From the human T2T-CHM13v2.0 reference genome, Homo sapiens: a stretch of 64,000 bases of DNA. The notes beneath the pieces were generated by a model. It saw nothing but the letters and a program-made list of their open reading frames with translations. It made no database searches and was not told the DNA's origin. The position numbers and the translations under genes are program-made. The stretch lies in assembly GCF_009914755.1 (NCBI RefSeq), contig NC_060925.1, one strand, 5' to 3'. Shown in pieces: positions 1 to 13,659 of this stretch. Each line of letters opens with the position of its first letter. Positions within the stretch are counted from its first letter, which is position 1.

Positions 1-354
1 CAAAAACTTGAAATTTGCATCTGTAATTTTCATCTTGGGATATAAATAACATTTGTAAAGTACTCATTAGGCTATATGATTTATTTATATTGCCTTCTAA
101 AATCTAGTTGTTATTAATACCATATTATGGATGTGGAAACTTAAGCTTAAATTGCTAAGTTTATTCTATTCCTTAGTCATTCAATCAGTATTTATTGAGT
201 ACCTACTTGGTGCTAGAAAACTTCCTAGGGAACATGTATAATTGGAAATAGGTTAGTAATACAAGGAATCACGAGTAATTTATGGGCTCAAATCAAGCTC
301 ACATGGGTATTACTTCAAAGTTTTATACCTCAGTCTGGCCTCAATAGCAGATGA

Positions 355-710
<356 letters not shown>

Positions 711-1624
711 AGTAGAGATTTTTTTAAAGCAATGTTTCTTCAATTTTCAGTGTTCTTTGAAGTGACTTGAATATTCCCTCTTCTATGCTTCTAACTGCCA
801 ACACCCTAAGCTCTCATTGCTTTGTACTTGGATAAGGCAGTGACTGCCGGATGGGCACTCTTTCTTATCTTCACTTTACAGTTCATCCTGAATTGCAAAT
901 CCTGAAGGCACATTTCAGTATGCCATTCCTGTGCTCCAGGCTGCTCCATAGCTTTTTATTTCACAGCAGGTATTCCAAATGTCTCATCCTAAAATTCAAG
1001 GCTTTTCATTATGTTAGTCTCTCAAAGCCTAGCACTTAAACCTAGAATGTATGTCCCTTTTTTTCCATTGAGGCAGAGCCCCTTCTTATCCACTATTTCC
1101 CCTCTATTTTAATTTCCTCCACTGCTAATTGCATTTCCGGGAGAAATGTTCCTTTCTTCTATTTGCCTAACCAAGTTGTATACCAATACTCTAGTTCCTA
1201 TGAAGTCATACCTCTATTATGAAGTTTTTTTTAAAAAACTTCAAATCAGAATGCTCCTTCTTACTTACCAAATCATAGAATTTTAGAACTAAAAGTAGTT
1301 GTTGAATTTTTATCCTACTGCTTAATTTTTAAATGTGAAAATCAAGGACTGGAGCGACTGTGATTAGCTACCTACTTTTTAAAACACGACTATTATATAT
1401 CAGTAAAGTAATTTTCTAAATAAATAATAATTCTCAAGTTTTCATATTTCCAGTTCAGGGATTTTTTTAATACTGTCTTTTCGTATCCATTGGTTTTATT
1501 ATGTTATATTGGTCTGTAATTATTGCAATGTTGTTAGATTTGTTTTCCCTCTAAAGGCTTTGAAAACTACTGGAAAACTGGTATAACAGCATATGCATTC
1601 CTTAAATATGCATTCCTGCATATG

Positions 1625-1840
1625 CAGTAGTGTCCAGTCTTTGGGCTTCCCTGGGTCACATTGGAAGAAAAATTGTCTTGGGCCACACATAGAATACACT
1701 AATACAAATGATAGCTGATGAGCTAAAAAAATGCAAAAGAATCTCATAATATTTTAAGAAAGTTTATGAATTTGTGTTGGGCCACATTCAAAGCCATCCT
1801 AGGCTGTAAGTAAACCACAGGCTGGCGGTTGGGCAAGCTT
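1625..1840 (+). mobile_element. MER30 (hAT-Charlie MITE)
   Basis: CAGTAGTGTCCAGTCTTTGGGCTTCCCTGGGTCACATTGGAAG...GGTTGGGCAAGCTT matches recalled MER30 consensus end to end. Confidence 0.9.
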
Positions 1841-1877
1841 TAAAGTGTCTATTTAAATACAGTGCCTTGATTTTTTA

Positions 1878-2144
1878 TTCTATTATTTTCTAAATTTTTA
1901 AATTTGTTTTGGTACATAGTAGGAGTATATACTTATGAGGGTATATGAGATGTTTTGATACAGGCATGCAAAGCATAATAATCACATCATGGAAACTTGG
2001 GTGTGCACCCCCTCAAGCATTTATCCTTTGTGTTACAAACAGTCCAATTCTACTCTTCTATTTTAAAATGTACAGTTAAATTATTATTCACTATAGTCCC
2101 CCTGTTGTTCTATAAAATATTAGGTCTTATTCATTCTATTTTTT
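1878..2144 (-). mobile_element. 5'-truncated L1MA (L1MA1-3-like) 3' end
   Basis: L1MA 3'UTR motifs in reverse; 16-bp TSD GTGCCT(T/G)GATTTTTTA at 1862-1877 and 2145-2160. Confidence 0.85.
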
Positions 2145-5100
2145 GTGCCTGGATTTTTTAAAACTGAAAATTTACCTGAAGTAATTTTATAAAAATTGCT
2201 ATTAGACTTTACTTGGCAAAAAAAGAAAAATATCCAAATCATGTAAGTTGAAAATATACCTACAGGTACTCATTTTATCAAACAACACTCCTCAAAAGAA
2301 AGAAGGTAATTTAAAAATTTTATTTATTTATTTTTAAGAATCATGTTTAAGGAACATGATTAATATACATTAATATACTTCAAGATAATTTAAAACAAAT
2401 ATAAATATATTTATCTTATAATTTGTTTACATATATGATATAACTTCCTTAATGTATGAGAATAAAATATTATTAAATATCCATTGGAATACTTCTGCAT
2501 TTGACAAATTGTACGTTGACATGTACATAATATTTTTAAGAAATGCATTTATATAGGCATATATTGCTGTAAAAGTTACCATTGATCTGTGAGTTGAAAT
2601 CCAATAAAATAAGCGGGTGACATTTAAAAATATCAGAAACATTTTTAAGACAATTTTTCAAAAGCTACACAATAATGCTTATATTCATAATTTAGGTATT
2701 TGTCTTGGCATAAAGATTAACATCTCTCTATATAATTTCTTCTCATTATTTCCTACAAAATTGAAGAAATAAAGTATTTGGTATTTCATTTATTTAGATC
2801 TTCTTTCACCCAGAAATTATTGAAAGTGAGGGTAAATAAATAGTTTAATTTAAAATTCACATACTGCAGTATAACATAAGGTTCTTGTTTGAATTTTACT
2901 GTTTGCCATGCATTAAAAAGCACTCATTTTAAGGCTATGGAAGATGCTCACGTAGTATCTCTAAGCACCTATTTTTCAGAAGGATTTGTGGCTTCTGTGC
3001 CACAGATGATAAGGAATTTTATTGTTCTGGCTTCCGTACTCAGCTTGACCTATTCCATCCTAAATAAGCTAATCCTGGAGAGAGTTTTGCTTCAAGTGTA
3101 AAATGATCAACACAAGAATGGAAAGTAAATCTACCACCACACATGTAAATACTGATATATAGGCCATAGTAGAGCCTTATATTCATATAAATAAAGTTTC
3201 AGATCATACTTCTCCCTAAAATCAAGACATCCAATTTTAAGAACTTCTGTCCTCATCATTGGTAACGAGTACCAGAAACTGATGTTACAGCATATAAAAT
3301 AGTTCTTTTTAAATATCATGCAACTCTTACCAATGTTTTGATTCAGTGATAAAATTATGGAGCTTCATAATAACCAGGAAAATGCAGTGTTAAAAACAAC
3401 AATAAAAGGCTAGCAAGAAATTATAAATATGTTGTTAAGGGCATTGGCTTCTTTAGGGCTTGCTCTCGTAACTGATACCAAATGGGAATTCAGAGTCTAA
3501 AAATATCTTCTTTGGTAAAAGGAAAGTCTTGGCCAGGAAGTAAATAAGCTTTTCCCTTAATTCAGCACATCTCCCTAAATACACTATTATCACCTACCAT
3601 CTGGAATGAAGCTTCCACCAACTAATGACCTGCCTCATTAAATATCAGGAAGCAAAATCCACATTCCTAAGACCACCCTGAGCTGGAATCAATCCTGTTC
3701 TAAAAACCATCAACTTTTAATAAGAGATACATCTAACATAGGGCTTACAGTCATACCAGCCTAGTTATAAGTACAAAATAGCCAATATCAAAGTTGTTTT
3801 GTATGAATATAGATACATTGGTATAGAGAAATAGAAGAACACTTGGCACACAAACATTGGGTTGCTTCATTAGCATTTCTTTTTACTTTAAGCAAGATTT
3901 CTTGAGGGACATCTTTTCTACGTTGGAGTAAAAAATACGTTATTTAAACTTGAATTTTTTTTTCAGTAAGTGAAACCTATATTATTCAGCCAAATCCTTA
4001 AGCTTGAGTTAAATAATTGAAACAGAAATTTAAAAGTTATAACTAATGGATATTCAGACATTATACATTTCTTACCCAAGTGTTATAATAGGGACCTACT
4101 ATTTTAAGTGACACTTAAACATTTATAGTTGACTTATAGACCATAAATTTTAATGATCATAAATTTTGATTTACACAATTATTGAGTTAACAAGTCACAA
4201 AGTTAGTCTATTTTTATAAAGGTAAAAATTAGGAATCAGATCAAAACATTGTGAGGTGCCTTCTCAGATGTTATACCCATACTTTCTATTCTTAAGTTTA
4301 GAAAATAAATAAAATTCTTACTAAATCTCTTCTCACTTTATCAAAAATATTTTGCAGGTTGTCCTGATAGGAAATTGAGGGAATAATAGCTGTTCCTTTG
4401 GACGAGGATCATTGGTGCTATTCATTCCAAATGTGACTTTATGTAATTAATTATCAACTTCAAACCACTGCCATTGGAATCCTCTTTTGTTGCACTTTGT
4501 CCAGTATCAAGTCAGTGGGAGAATGGTGGAGATCTGTGGGGACTGAAGCAAACATACATGGCTTTTGAGGAAGAGCACTTTAGATTTTAAACTGATTAAC
4601 ATTAAACATCTACTGCTTTTATCATATATGTTTTAATCCACCTATAAAGAAGTACTATTTGCAACACACATACACATACATGCACACATACATACATTAT
4701 AAATTTAGATAATATATAACCAGTAGTTTTACAATAAATTTGTCTCTATGCCTGCATCCATGACTCCAGTAATCAAGAAATAAGCATATTGTTTGTTTCC
4801 AATGACAGCTTAGCCTCAGATTTTTGTCTGTGACTCTGTTTTCTTACTCTGATGAATAAATGGTCTTGTAGAATCTGAATTTGTCTTAAGAGCATAGATG
4901 GCACAGAGATTGAGTTGAATAATTCTTAAGTGAGGATGTAATTCCTAGTACAAAAAGCTTGTCACACAGAATATGTTGAACCTCTTGCATATCACAGAAC
5001 ACCTTGTATAAACAATTCTAATGGCAAACCTGGGGCACATATTCCTCCCCTAAATTCGGAAGGCATAGCAAAAGTATTGTTATAATATACTATTCCTATA

Positions 5101-5658
5101 TCCTGATTTAAATAAATTAGTACATATTTTGTAATAATAGGAGCAATTAATAAAACACTGAGAATTCCTAAAGTAAACCTGCTGAGTTCTAGCCTCTTGC
5201 GATTTATAAGAAAAGATAAAGTTTTCCATATTAAAATAAGATTGAATACCAGGGTTTAGGAACTGAACACTCAGGTATTATTCTGTGGGTTATGAATTAA
5301 ACATATCTAGGAATGTCATCATAGATTAGATTTGTGCACAGTCTATGCCACAGTACATGGCAATCATCTTTGCTGGTGCCACTTTGGAAATTCAAAATGA
5401 CAGCCTATCAGAAGAAAGCTTGTAAGAATTTATCTGAAAACCACAACAGCAATAAGATTTCCCAAACATATTGAACAATCGAATTGTGCGTGTGTGGGTA
5501 TGTGCGTGTGTGCGCTATACATAGGTACATCTTACAGAACTAGTTTTCCTTAAATCAAGTTTTAGCAAAAATGCAAAACATTTACATAATCACCAGATGC
5601 ACTGAAGAAGGTAGGTTTTATCTGTCTTTGTATAAAAACAGCTATGGGGAACAAGAGA

Positions 5659-5802
5659 TAAATTATATATATAAAACTATATATTATATAAAAATATAGA
5701 TAATATATTATATATATTATAAAATATTATATTTATAAAATTATATATATTATATTATATAGCATAAATTTTATATTATATATAAAATTACATATATATA
5801 AA

Positions 5803-5834
<32 letters not shown>
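5659..5834. repeat. (TA)n / AT-rich low complexity followed by (CA)n
   Basis: Directly visible. Confidence 0.95.
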
Positions 5835-6119
5835 TTAACTTGTATGTGCCTCATATTGTTCATGTAAAAATGAAAATAACTTTATGGCCACTGTGAAATT
5901 TAAAGATAATATGCATAAGACATCTCACTCTGTGACCATGATAAACTCTTAATAAATGGTAGAAATTAATAAAAGTAGTAAATATTTTTACAGTGCTGTA
6001 ACTAAGTATCTCATTATTTACCCCTACTTTTAAGTCATTTTGGAGCTTCTGTAAAGTGTTCATTTTGAATATATTTTTTAAGACATATGTTATCTTTTTG
6101 ATTCTGTTTACTGAATGAT

Positions 6120-6810
6120 ATGATCAATCTTTCCCTCTCCAGTGGATCATTTTTGGTTGATTATAAATATCCTCTAGTATCTCCCAACCCAAAACATACA
6201 TGCTTTTTCCTTATGTCCATCAGCTATTATTCTCTTCTCTAATTTCTTTCACAGCCAAAATTTCTAAGAGTTGCTTATTCTGTCTCAATTTCAATTTACA
6301 CCTCACCCTAAAACATTTCAATTTCTACCCAACTCACTCCACCATAAAGTGCTTTTTAAGGTTTTTTTTCTCCTACTGTTTACTTTGATGGTTCCTCCTC
6401 TGCTCAACACCTAAAGGATGGATTACTGCAGTATTCAGTGCTTGAGCCTCTTCTCTTTTTACATCCACTTCCACATGATCTTATTCAAGTCCATGGCTTT
6501 AAAACATATATTAATATGCTGTTAGCGTATATATTTATTTCTGTAACACAGACTCTCATCTGGCATGTAACTTAAGCTTCCAGCTGCCCATTTGACATCT
6601 TGTTTGTAGAATCTAAAAGGCATTCCAAAAACCACAGGGCCAAAGTGGAACTTTTGTATGTCTCCCACCACTATTATCACTATGTTGTAGACATATATCC
6701 AAGTCAACCAGCTGGTTATCACTATCTGTGGAAAGGGCATCACCATCTATCTCCCTATCAAGTAACTTTGAAAAGTTGGTGTCCCTTTGATTACTCCCTC
6801 ACTCTCAATC
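6120..6810 (+). mobile_element. Degenerate L2 LINE fragment
   Basis: L2-like motifs such as CCTCTTCTCTTTTT..CCATGGCTTTAAA..ATGCTG and GACATCT; boundaries approximate. Confidence 0.6.
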
Positions 6811-7038
6811 ACTTCCGGGTACCCAATATATTCCATCGGAAAGTTTGATAATTTCTGCTGCTTAAATATATCTCTATCCTACTTATATATCTTTTTGTTT
6901 CTACTACATTCATATTACCAGTGGTTTTCTATATGGGGTTCAAAGGCCACAAAGAGATCCATGGATATAACTTCAGTTAAATATAGTTGATTTGGTTTGG
7001 TCTTAAGTATTTTATTTGATACATTTAATAAATGATCT

Positions 7039-7396
7039 TGTTTTAGTCTGTTCTCATGCTGCTAAGAAGACTGGGTAATTTATAAAAAGAAGAGGTTTAA
7101 TTGACTCACAGTTCTGCATGGCCAGGAAGGCCTCAGGAAACTTATAATCATGGCAGAAGGGGAAGCATGTCCTTCTTCACATGACAGCAGGAAGGAGAAG
7201 TGCTGAGCAAAGAGGGGAAAGCCCCTTATAAAACCATCAGATTTCATAAGAATTCATTTATTATCACAGGAACAGCATGGTGGAAACTATTCCGTGATTC
7301 AGTTACCTCCCACTGGATCCCTCCCACAACACATGGGGATTATGGCAACTACAATTCTAGATTAGATTTGGGTGGGGACACAGCCAAACCATATTA
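7039..7396 (-). mobile_element. THE1 (THE1B/C-like) MaLR solo LTR
   Basis: GGGTAATTTATAAA..GAGGTTTAATTGACTCACAG..GGGTGGGGACACAGCCAAACCATAT; 5-bp TSD GATCT/GATAT. Confidence 0.92.
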
Positions 7397-7468
7397 GATA
7401 TTCTGAGACTTTGTCCATTCATTTGGCCACACTACCATAGGGATCCTAATTCTTCTTGAGAATTGATT

Positions 7469-7620
7469 CTTTTGTTTTTGTTTTTGTTGTTGTTTATTTA
7501 TTTTGAGAAAGGGCCTCATTATGTTGCACAGGTTGGCCTCGAAATCTTGGGCTTGAGGTATCCTCCTGCCTCAGTCTCCTGAGTATCTGGGACAACAGGT
7601 GGATGCCATTGTGCCCAGCA
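7469..7620 (-). mobile_element. FLAM (free left Alu monomer)
   Basis: Single diverged Alu monomer with T-rich tail. Confidence 0.8.
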
Positions 7621-8001
7621 AATTATTTTGACTTATAATTCATTCTGGATGACATTTTATATAATAGGACTACAGTTAATGTTGGTTTTATTTTGCTTAT
7701 CTTGGTTGTTATTGTGATTGACTTTTTATAACTTTTTGTTCATGTTTCTTTAGCATTTCTAATGTTTTTCAGCATGGTAACTAAATACTTTTATATAATA
7801 TAAATGCTAAGGTTACATGGTAGGCATTGTTCATGGGCACCATGCTATACACCTATAAATTAAAATCAGTACAATCATATCCAAATGAATACAATTATAT
7901 CAGGTGACAGAGTTGTTAATAGCTCAGAAGATAAACGGTTTCACCATTGCTCAGTAGATAAATTTCTTCTTTCCAAAATGTGATTTAAATATCAATACTT
8001 C

Positions 8002-8288
<287 letters not shown>

Positions 8289-9464
8289 TCATTGCCTATT
8301 TAGTGTTATAGTGTACCACCCCAAATTCTTCATTAACCTAGAATTTTCCGTTAAAAAGATAATATGCCACAATCATTATTTTAGAAAACGAAAAAGCAAG
8401 CATTGGTCAGAGCACTTATCCAAACATTCTTCTTACCTGAAAAATGGAGAGCTGAAGAGAAGTTCTAACTTTTTCCTGGACATGGTATTCACAGACACAG
8501 TTATAAACCGTCCCTGCAGAGTTATAGAAATGATTGGCTTCTTTGTTCCCTGTGAGAATTTTTTTCCGTTTCTACTCCTTGTTGTTTTATTCCTCTGAAA
8601 GCTTTTAAGACTTGTTTACTTACTCACCTGCAGCTAAAACTTGTTTTCATAGGTAGGTGGTAAGGCTTTCTTCAGAGCCAGTTATAACTTTTTATTCTTT
8701 AAAAGAAATCACTTTGATTTTCCCCATATTTAGAATTATAATCTTCACATAGTATTTTCAAGATTAATTTATGTATTTATCTGAGGGTTTTCTTTGGTTT
8801 TGTTAAAGTTTAGCATTTGGCTGGATATTTATATGCCAACATTTTTCCCCTTTTTCTGCATGTTATCCTAATACTTTCAAAATACGAAGATATATGTGAG
8901 TGAAAGTCATCAATTGGCTTTTTATTTTTAGTCAATTTCTAAAATCTTGCTGTGGAATCCACTATCTGAAGGAATTCAGCTATATGGGGTATTTCCATAA
9001 TATAAAATCCCCATTGTAGAAACTGCTTTTGAATTATTTTATTAGTAAGACCTACAAGATTTATACATATTCAGTGGTTATGAGTGTTGGATTATTTTGT
9101 TGTGTGATTTAGTAAATCAATGGACTCTCGTGTATAATGTTTATTTTAAATTTATTTGATTAAGCTCACAAAACTCAAACAGTACAATTAAAGTAGATTT
9201 AGATAGAACAACACTTGCAAAGAATGTTTTCGTGTTAAAATAAACATGCTATATTTTGCAAAATGTTTGCAATAATACCATGGACTGCATTATATTTCAG
9301 CAATTACTGAGTCTTTTATTTAAAAATACAGGTAGCTTAAAATATATACAGATAGATATTTCCACTGATTGCAGGTAGCTATAATAATATCTCAAAATTT
9401 TCAGCAATGTCTTAATGACTAAATATTGCCAGGTATTTTAATAAGAGTTTTACTCCATTTTTGA

Positions 9465-9945
9465 TGTTTGCTGACAACTATCAAGCCTCACCTCTCCCTC
9501 TTCCCATCTAGACTCACATGTGATAACAAAACAAGTAACAACAACATATCCCCTCAAATATTCCTTCCTTTCATTCCAGCTAAAATTCAAACCATGTAAG
9601 CCCCAGAGGGTAGGCAGAAACCCTCACTATGTTTTCATAAAAAATATATACATTTAAGAGAAACAATAGATTAGGCATGGGATAAAGAAGAACAAAAATA
9701 ACAAAAGTGCATTTTTTTCTTTTTCAAGCTACAAAAAACACCAAGACACTAGCTACTCCCTCTCTCTCAAACTATTTTCAAACCTGCTTGAGAACCTGCC
9801 CTCCTCAGAAAGTGAAGCCGACTCACCTCAGAAAACTTCCCTCCGAATAATAATCTTTTCATACCTTCTTGGTGCATGTGTGGCACCATCATATCAACAT
9901 CTAAACCAGCGGGGGACTGATCCTGCCCTCTGCATGTCACCCACA
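9465..9945 (+). mobile_element. Old ERV-type LTR remnant, family uncertain
   Basis: LTR-like 3' part (AATAATAATCTTTTCATACCTTCTTGGTGCATGTGTGGCACCATC); interrupted by a duplicated AT-rich segment; boundaries approximate. Confidence 0.45.
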
Positions 9946-10135
9946 GCATAGATAGCAGTCTTTGCAATGTCAAAATTTCACCCTGTTTTCTACTTTTAAA
10001 TATTGGGATTAAAACATGTAAGACTTCTGATAACATTTGTTGTACCTAACAGTATGCTAAGCTCTTTGCATAAGCTTAAGATATGCAGACTCACCAATTT
10101 CAGGAAGATGCCAGTATCTATATGTGTTTAGCTAA

Positions 10136-10310
10136 AGTGTGCTTCTTGAATTGCCTGCAGTTTAAATTACTTAGGAGTGCTTTATCATAAGGGCAGATTC
10201 TGGGGAAATACAACAGATCTCCTGGAACAGAATCTCTGAGAATGTGGCCTAAGAATTGATATTTCTAGTGAGAACCTGAGGTATTTACATGTGTTTTAGT
10301 TTGAACCCCA
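10136..10310. mobile_element. MER5-like hAT MITE
   Basis: GCAGATTCTGGG..CAGAATCTCTGAGAATGTGGCCTAAGAAT motif. Confidence 0.6.
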
Positions 10311-10687
10311 CAGGACTTGCATAACCTTGAAAACATCTGACTGCATCTATCCAATCACATTTATTCACTGACTTCCTGCATCTATTCAGTCACACTTCAG
10401 CTGTTTCATTTAAGTCCTGCTGTGTTTTTCTGTTTGTTTGGTTTTGAGTTTGTTTTCATGTAAATTAGCTTAAATATCTTTGTGTGCTACAGTTCTAGCC
10501 AGAAAAAGTTTCTTAAAATCCTTAAACTTCTGTGTGCCTTTTTTTCCCTATTATTATATGCATTCCATGAGAAAGAATAGATTAGGAATGAGATTAAAAA
10601 AAGAACAAAAACAGCAAAAGTGCATTGTTTTTCCTTTTCAAGTGATTTGAAGAACAGTTAGATTTCTGATGTTTTTTAATTGCTTGT

Positions 10688-10760
10688 TTATATAATATAT
10701 ATAAATATATAGTATATTATATATACTATATATACTAATATATATATACTATATATATTA
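10688..10760. repeat. (TA)n-like low complexity
   Basis: Directly visible. Confidence 0.9.
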
Positions 10761-10921
10761 CACCTATCTTTGAGGTTAACTAAATGTTCTCTAATAATCA
10801 CAAAGATTTATTAATTTATCTTGAGGAAGGTATTGACAATAAAGTAATTAGGGATGTTTCGTATTCACCATATTTCAGTTAACTCAATAACAACACTGAC
10901 TTACTATTAAGAAGAGAAGGA

Positions 10922-11219
<298 letters not shown>

Positions 11220-11799
11220 TCAGTTACCCTTAACCATATATTCAGTGAGCTCTAGGATACTAAATTATGACTGTATTCCCTGTGGTATGTGGGGTCTGAC
11301 CCTGAGGCTCATTTTTAAAGGTTCTAAAAGCAAACAATATTTAAAAACAGGATACTTTCTTCCAAAATCTTATGAATCAGGAAGATGACATCAATTCTGT
11401 GGAATTTTTTCCTAAAACCTTAAGATCAAGATGCATGATTGAGATTCCTCTTATTTTTTCCTCTTTTTCAGAACATCCTTTTTGCTCCGTTTGTCTTTCC
11501 AATAGTTAATTTTTAAAATTACTTTCCATGTATTCAAATAAAAACCCTCAATTATTTACATTTTATTAGGAGCTTAACATGGTAATTTATCAGGAGAGCC
11601 TAAGACATTGAATTTTTGCTGTAGGATGCAAGAGTTTTCACCTGTACTAAAAATAACAAAACAATATGTATTTTGTAGTATAGCTCTTTATGGCCTACAG
11701 TAAAAAATACAACAAAGTATAGATGCTGAACACCCCAACAAATCTGATGGCTGAATAATAAAATTATTCTGAACTATATTTTTTCATAGTGTATTATTA

Positions 11800-13200
11800 T
11801 CAACAGGGTTTCCTTAATTATAATGAAATTCAATTTATCAATCCTTTTGTAATTATTTATTTTGTATCTTTGTTTATAAAATCTTTACTGATCTCACAAT
11901 AGCAAAATTATTTTCTTATGATTTTTATTTAAACAATTTACTAAAGAAACTATATTTTCATTACTATATAGCAAAGAACTAAGTTACATGATCGTAAACC
12001 TATGGGTTCCAAATATATTATGTTCTCTATTCCATTCCATTGCTCTATTTGTCCTTGTATGAATATAGGACTGTCAACAACTGTAGCTTTATAACAGTTT
12101 TAATATCTGGAAGTATAAGTCTTCCAAATTTGATTGTATTTTAAAAATTGCCCTGACTAGTAGTCTGCCCTTTAAATATCTATTGAATTTGAAAAATAAA
12201 CACGTTCAATTCAACCACAAAAATATCTGCTGAGAGTTTTATTTGGATTACATTAAGCCCACAGATCAGCTTAAGTACACCAATTTTGAGTTGTGTTATG
12301 AATATTTTCATTATCATTAAATTCAAAACATTTAAAAATGTCCATTGAGATTTTTTTATTTGACTCAAGAATTATTTAACATTGCATTACTTGACTTAAA
12401 AGAAGTTGGGATTTTTCTTTTTATCTCTTTGTTATTGATTTCTAACTTAATTCTACTGTGGCCAGGGAATACACTTTGAATTATCGAATTCTTTTGAAAT
12501 TGAGAATTGCTTTATGGACTTACATGTGTTAAAGAATTGCTTTATGGACTTTCATGTGCATTTGTAAAGAATGTGTACTTTGTGCACAGGAAGGGGAACA
12601 TCACACACTGGGGCCTGTTGTGAGGTGGGGGGAGGGGGAAGGGATAGCATTAGGAGATATACCTAATGTTAAATGATGAGTTAATGGGTGCAGCACACCA
12701 ACATGGCACATGTATACATATGTAACAAACCTGTACACTGTGCACATGTACCCTAAAACTTAAAGTATAATAATAAAAAAAATAGTGTGTACTTTGTGTA
12801 TTTGTAAAAAATGTGGATAATTGTTAGATTTTCATTTGAGGAATTAACTATTGATTGTTATGAATTTCCCTTTTTATCTCATTTAATGCTTCTCATCCTA
12901 AAATATACCTGTCTGATATTAAAATTTGACCCTCTACTTTTTCTTATTAATTCTAGTCATACTTTATATCTAAACTGACAATTATTTTGTTTTTTGTGTT
13001 TCCTATATATAGCCTATGATTATGTCTGCAATCTTTTTACATTGATTGATATGGCAGATACATTTTTACTTTTAGTTCTTCTACACTATTTTAAGGTTTG
13101 TTTCCCTTTTAGTAATTCTAGTCTCTGTGTTTTGCTTTATGCAATTGGTTCTTCTAATATTTAGGAAGATTTCATTTTTTTCTTTCGCTGATAGCATATT
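11800..13200 (-). mobile_element. Ancient L1M ORF2 fragments (interrupted by L1PA4)
   Basis: Reverse L1 motifs TGTAGCTTTATAA and TTATTGATTTCTAACTTAATTCTACTGTGG; boundaries approximate. Confidence 0.65.
12585..12785 (+). mobile_element. 5'-truncated L1PA4-like 3' end
   Basis: CACAGGAAGGGGAACATCACAC..G-rich tract..AATGTTAAATGATGAG..AAAACTTAAAGTATAATAATAAAAAA; TSD TGTGTACTTTGTG at 12572-12584 and 12786-12798. Confidence 0.93.
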
Positions 13201-13659
13201 AGCCTTTTTTTTAATTTAAAAAAGTTTTACATTGATGTTCTGCAATGAAAATAAATTATTTGAGAGACAACAAGAATTGGTGGAAAAAATACTCTAATTT
13301 CCTAGTTCCTTTTTAGAACAATTGTTAGGTTTGTTTGATATGGTTTCTCAGAGGGTTCCCAGATAAATAAATTCTTAGTTGGCTCAGCAGTACTCCCCTA
13401 ATTAGCAAGCACTTTATCGGCTTTCTTAACTTTCTTGCTTACTTTTCTACTCCTTCACTATACTTCTTGTTATTTCTTCTGGGGAGAAATTAAAACAGCC
13501 GATCTTTGAGGGGAGATGCTACCAGGGAAAGAAGGAAGGCAATTGCCCCAGTCCTACCTTCTTATAAACATGATAACAAGAAATCCTGCCCTGGAAAACT
13601 ATACTAAAGCTATTTGCTGGGAGAAGAGTTTTTTACGTATCAAACACTTTAAGCAGAAT

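Noticed and set aside
2717-2752. Possible terminal coding exon (EIMRRNYIERC*) in frame with the 8437-8513 exon
   Set aside because: The upstream candidate exon has an in-frame stop and the peptide is not recognisable; kept only as a possible non-coding acceptor
4330-4590. Plus-strand acceptor TTTTGCAG|G at 4357 followed by more GC-rich sequence
   Set aside because: Isolated signal with no convincing donor or ORF
12623-12643. G-quadruplex-like tract
   Set aside because: Standard L1PA 3'UTR G-rich tract
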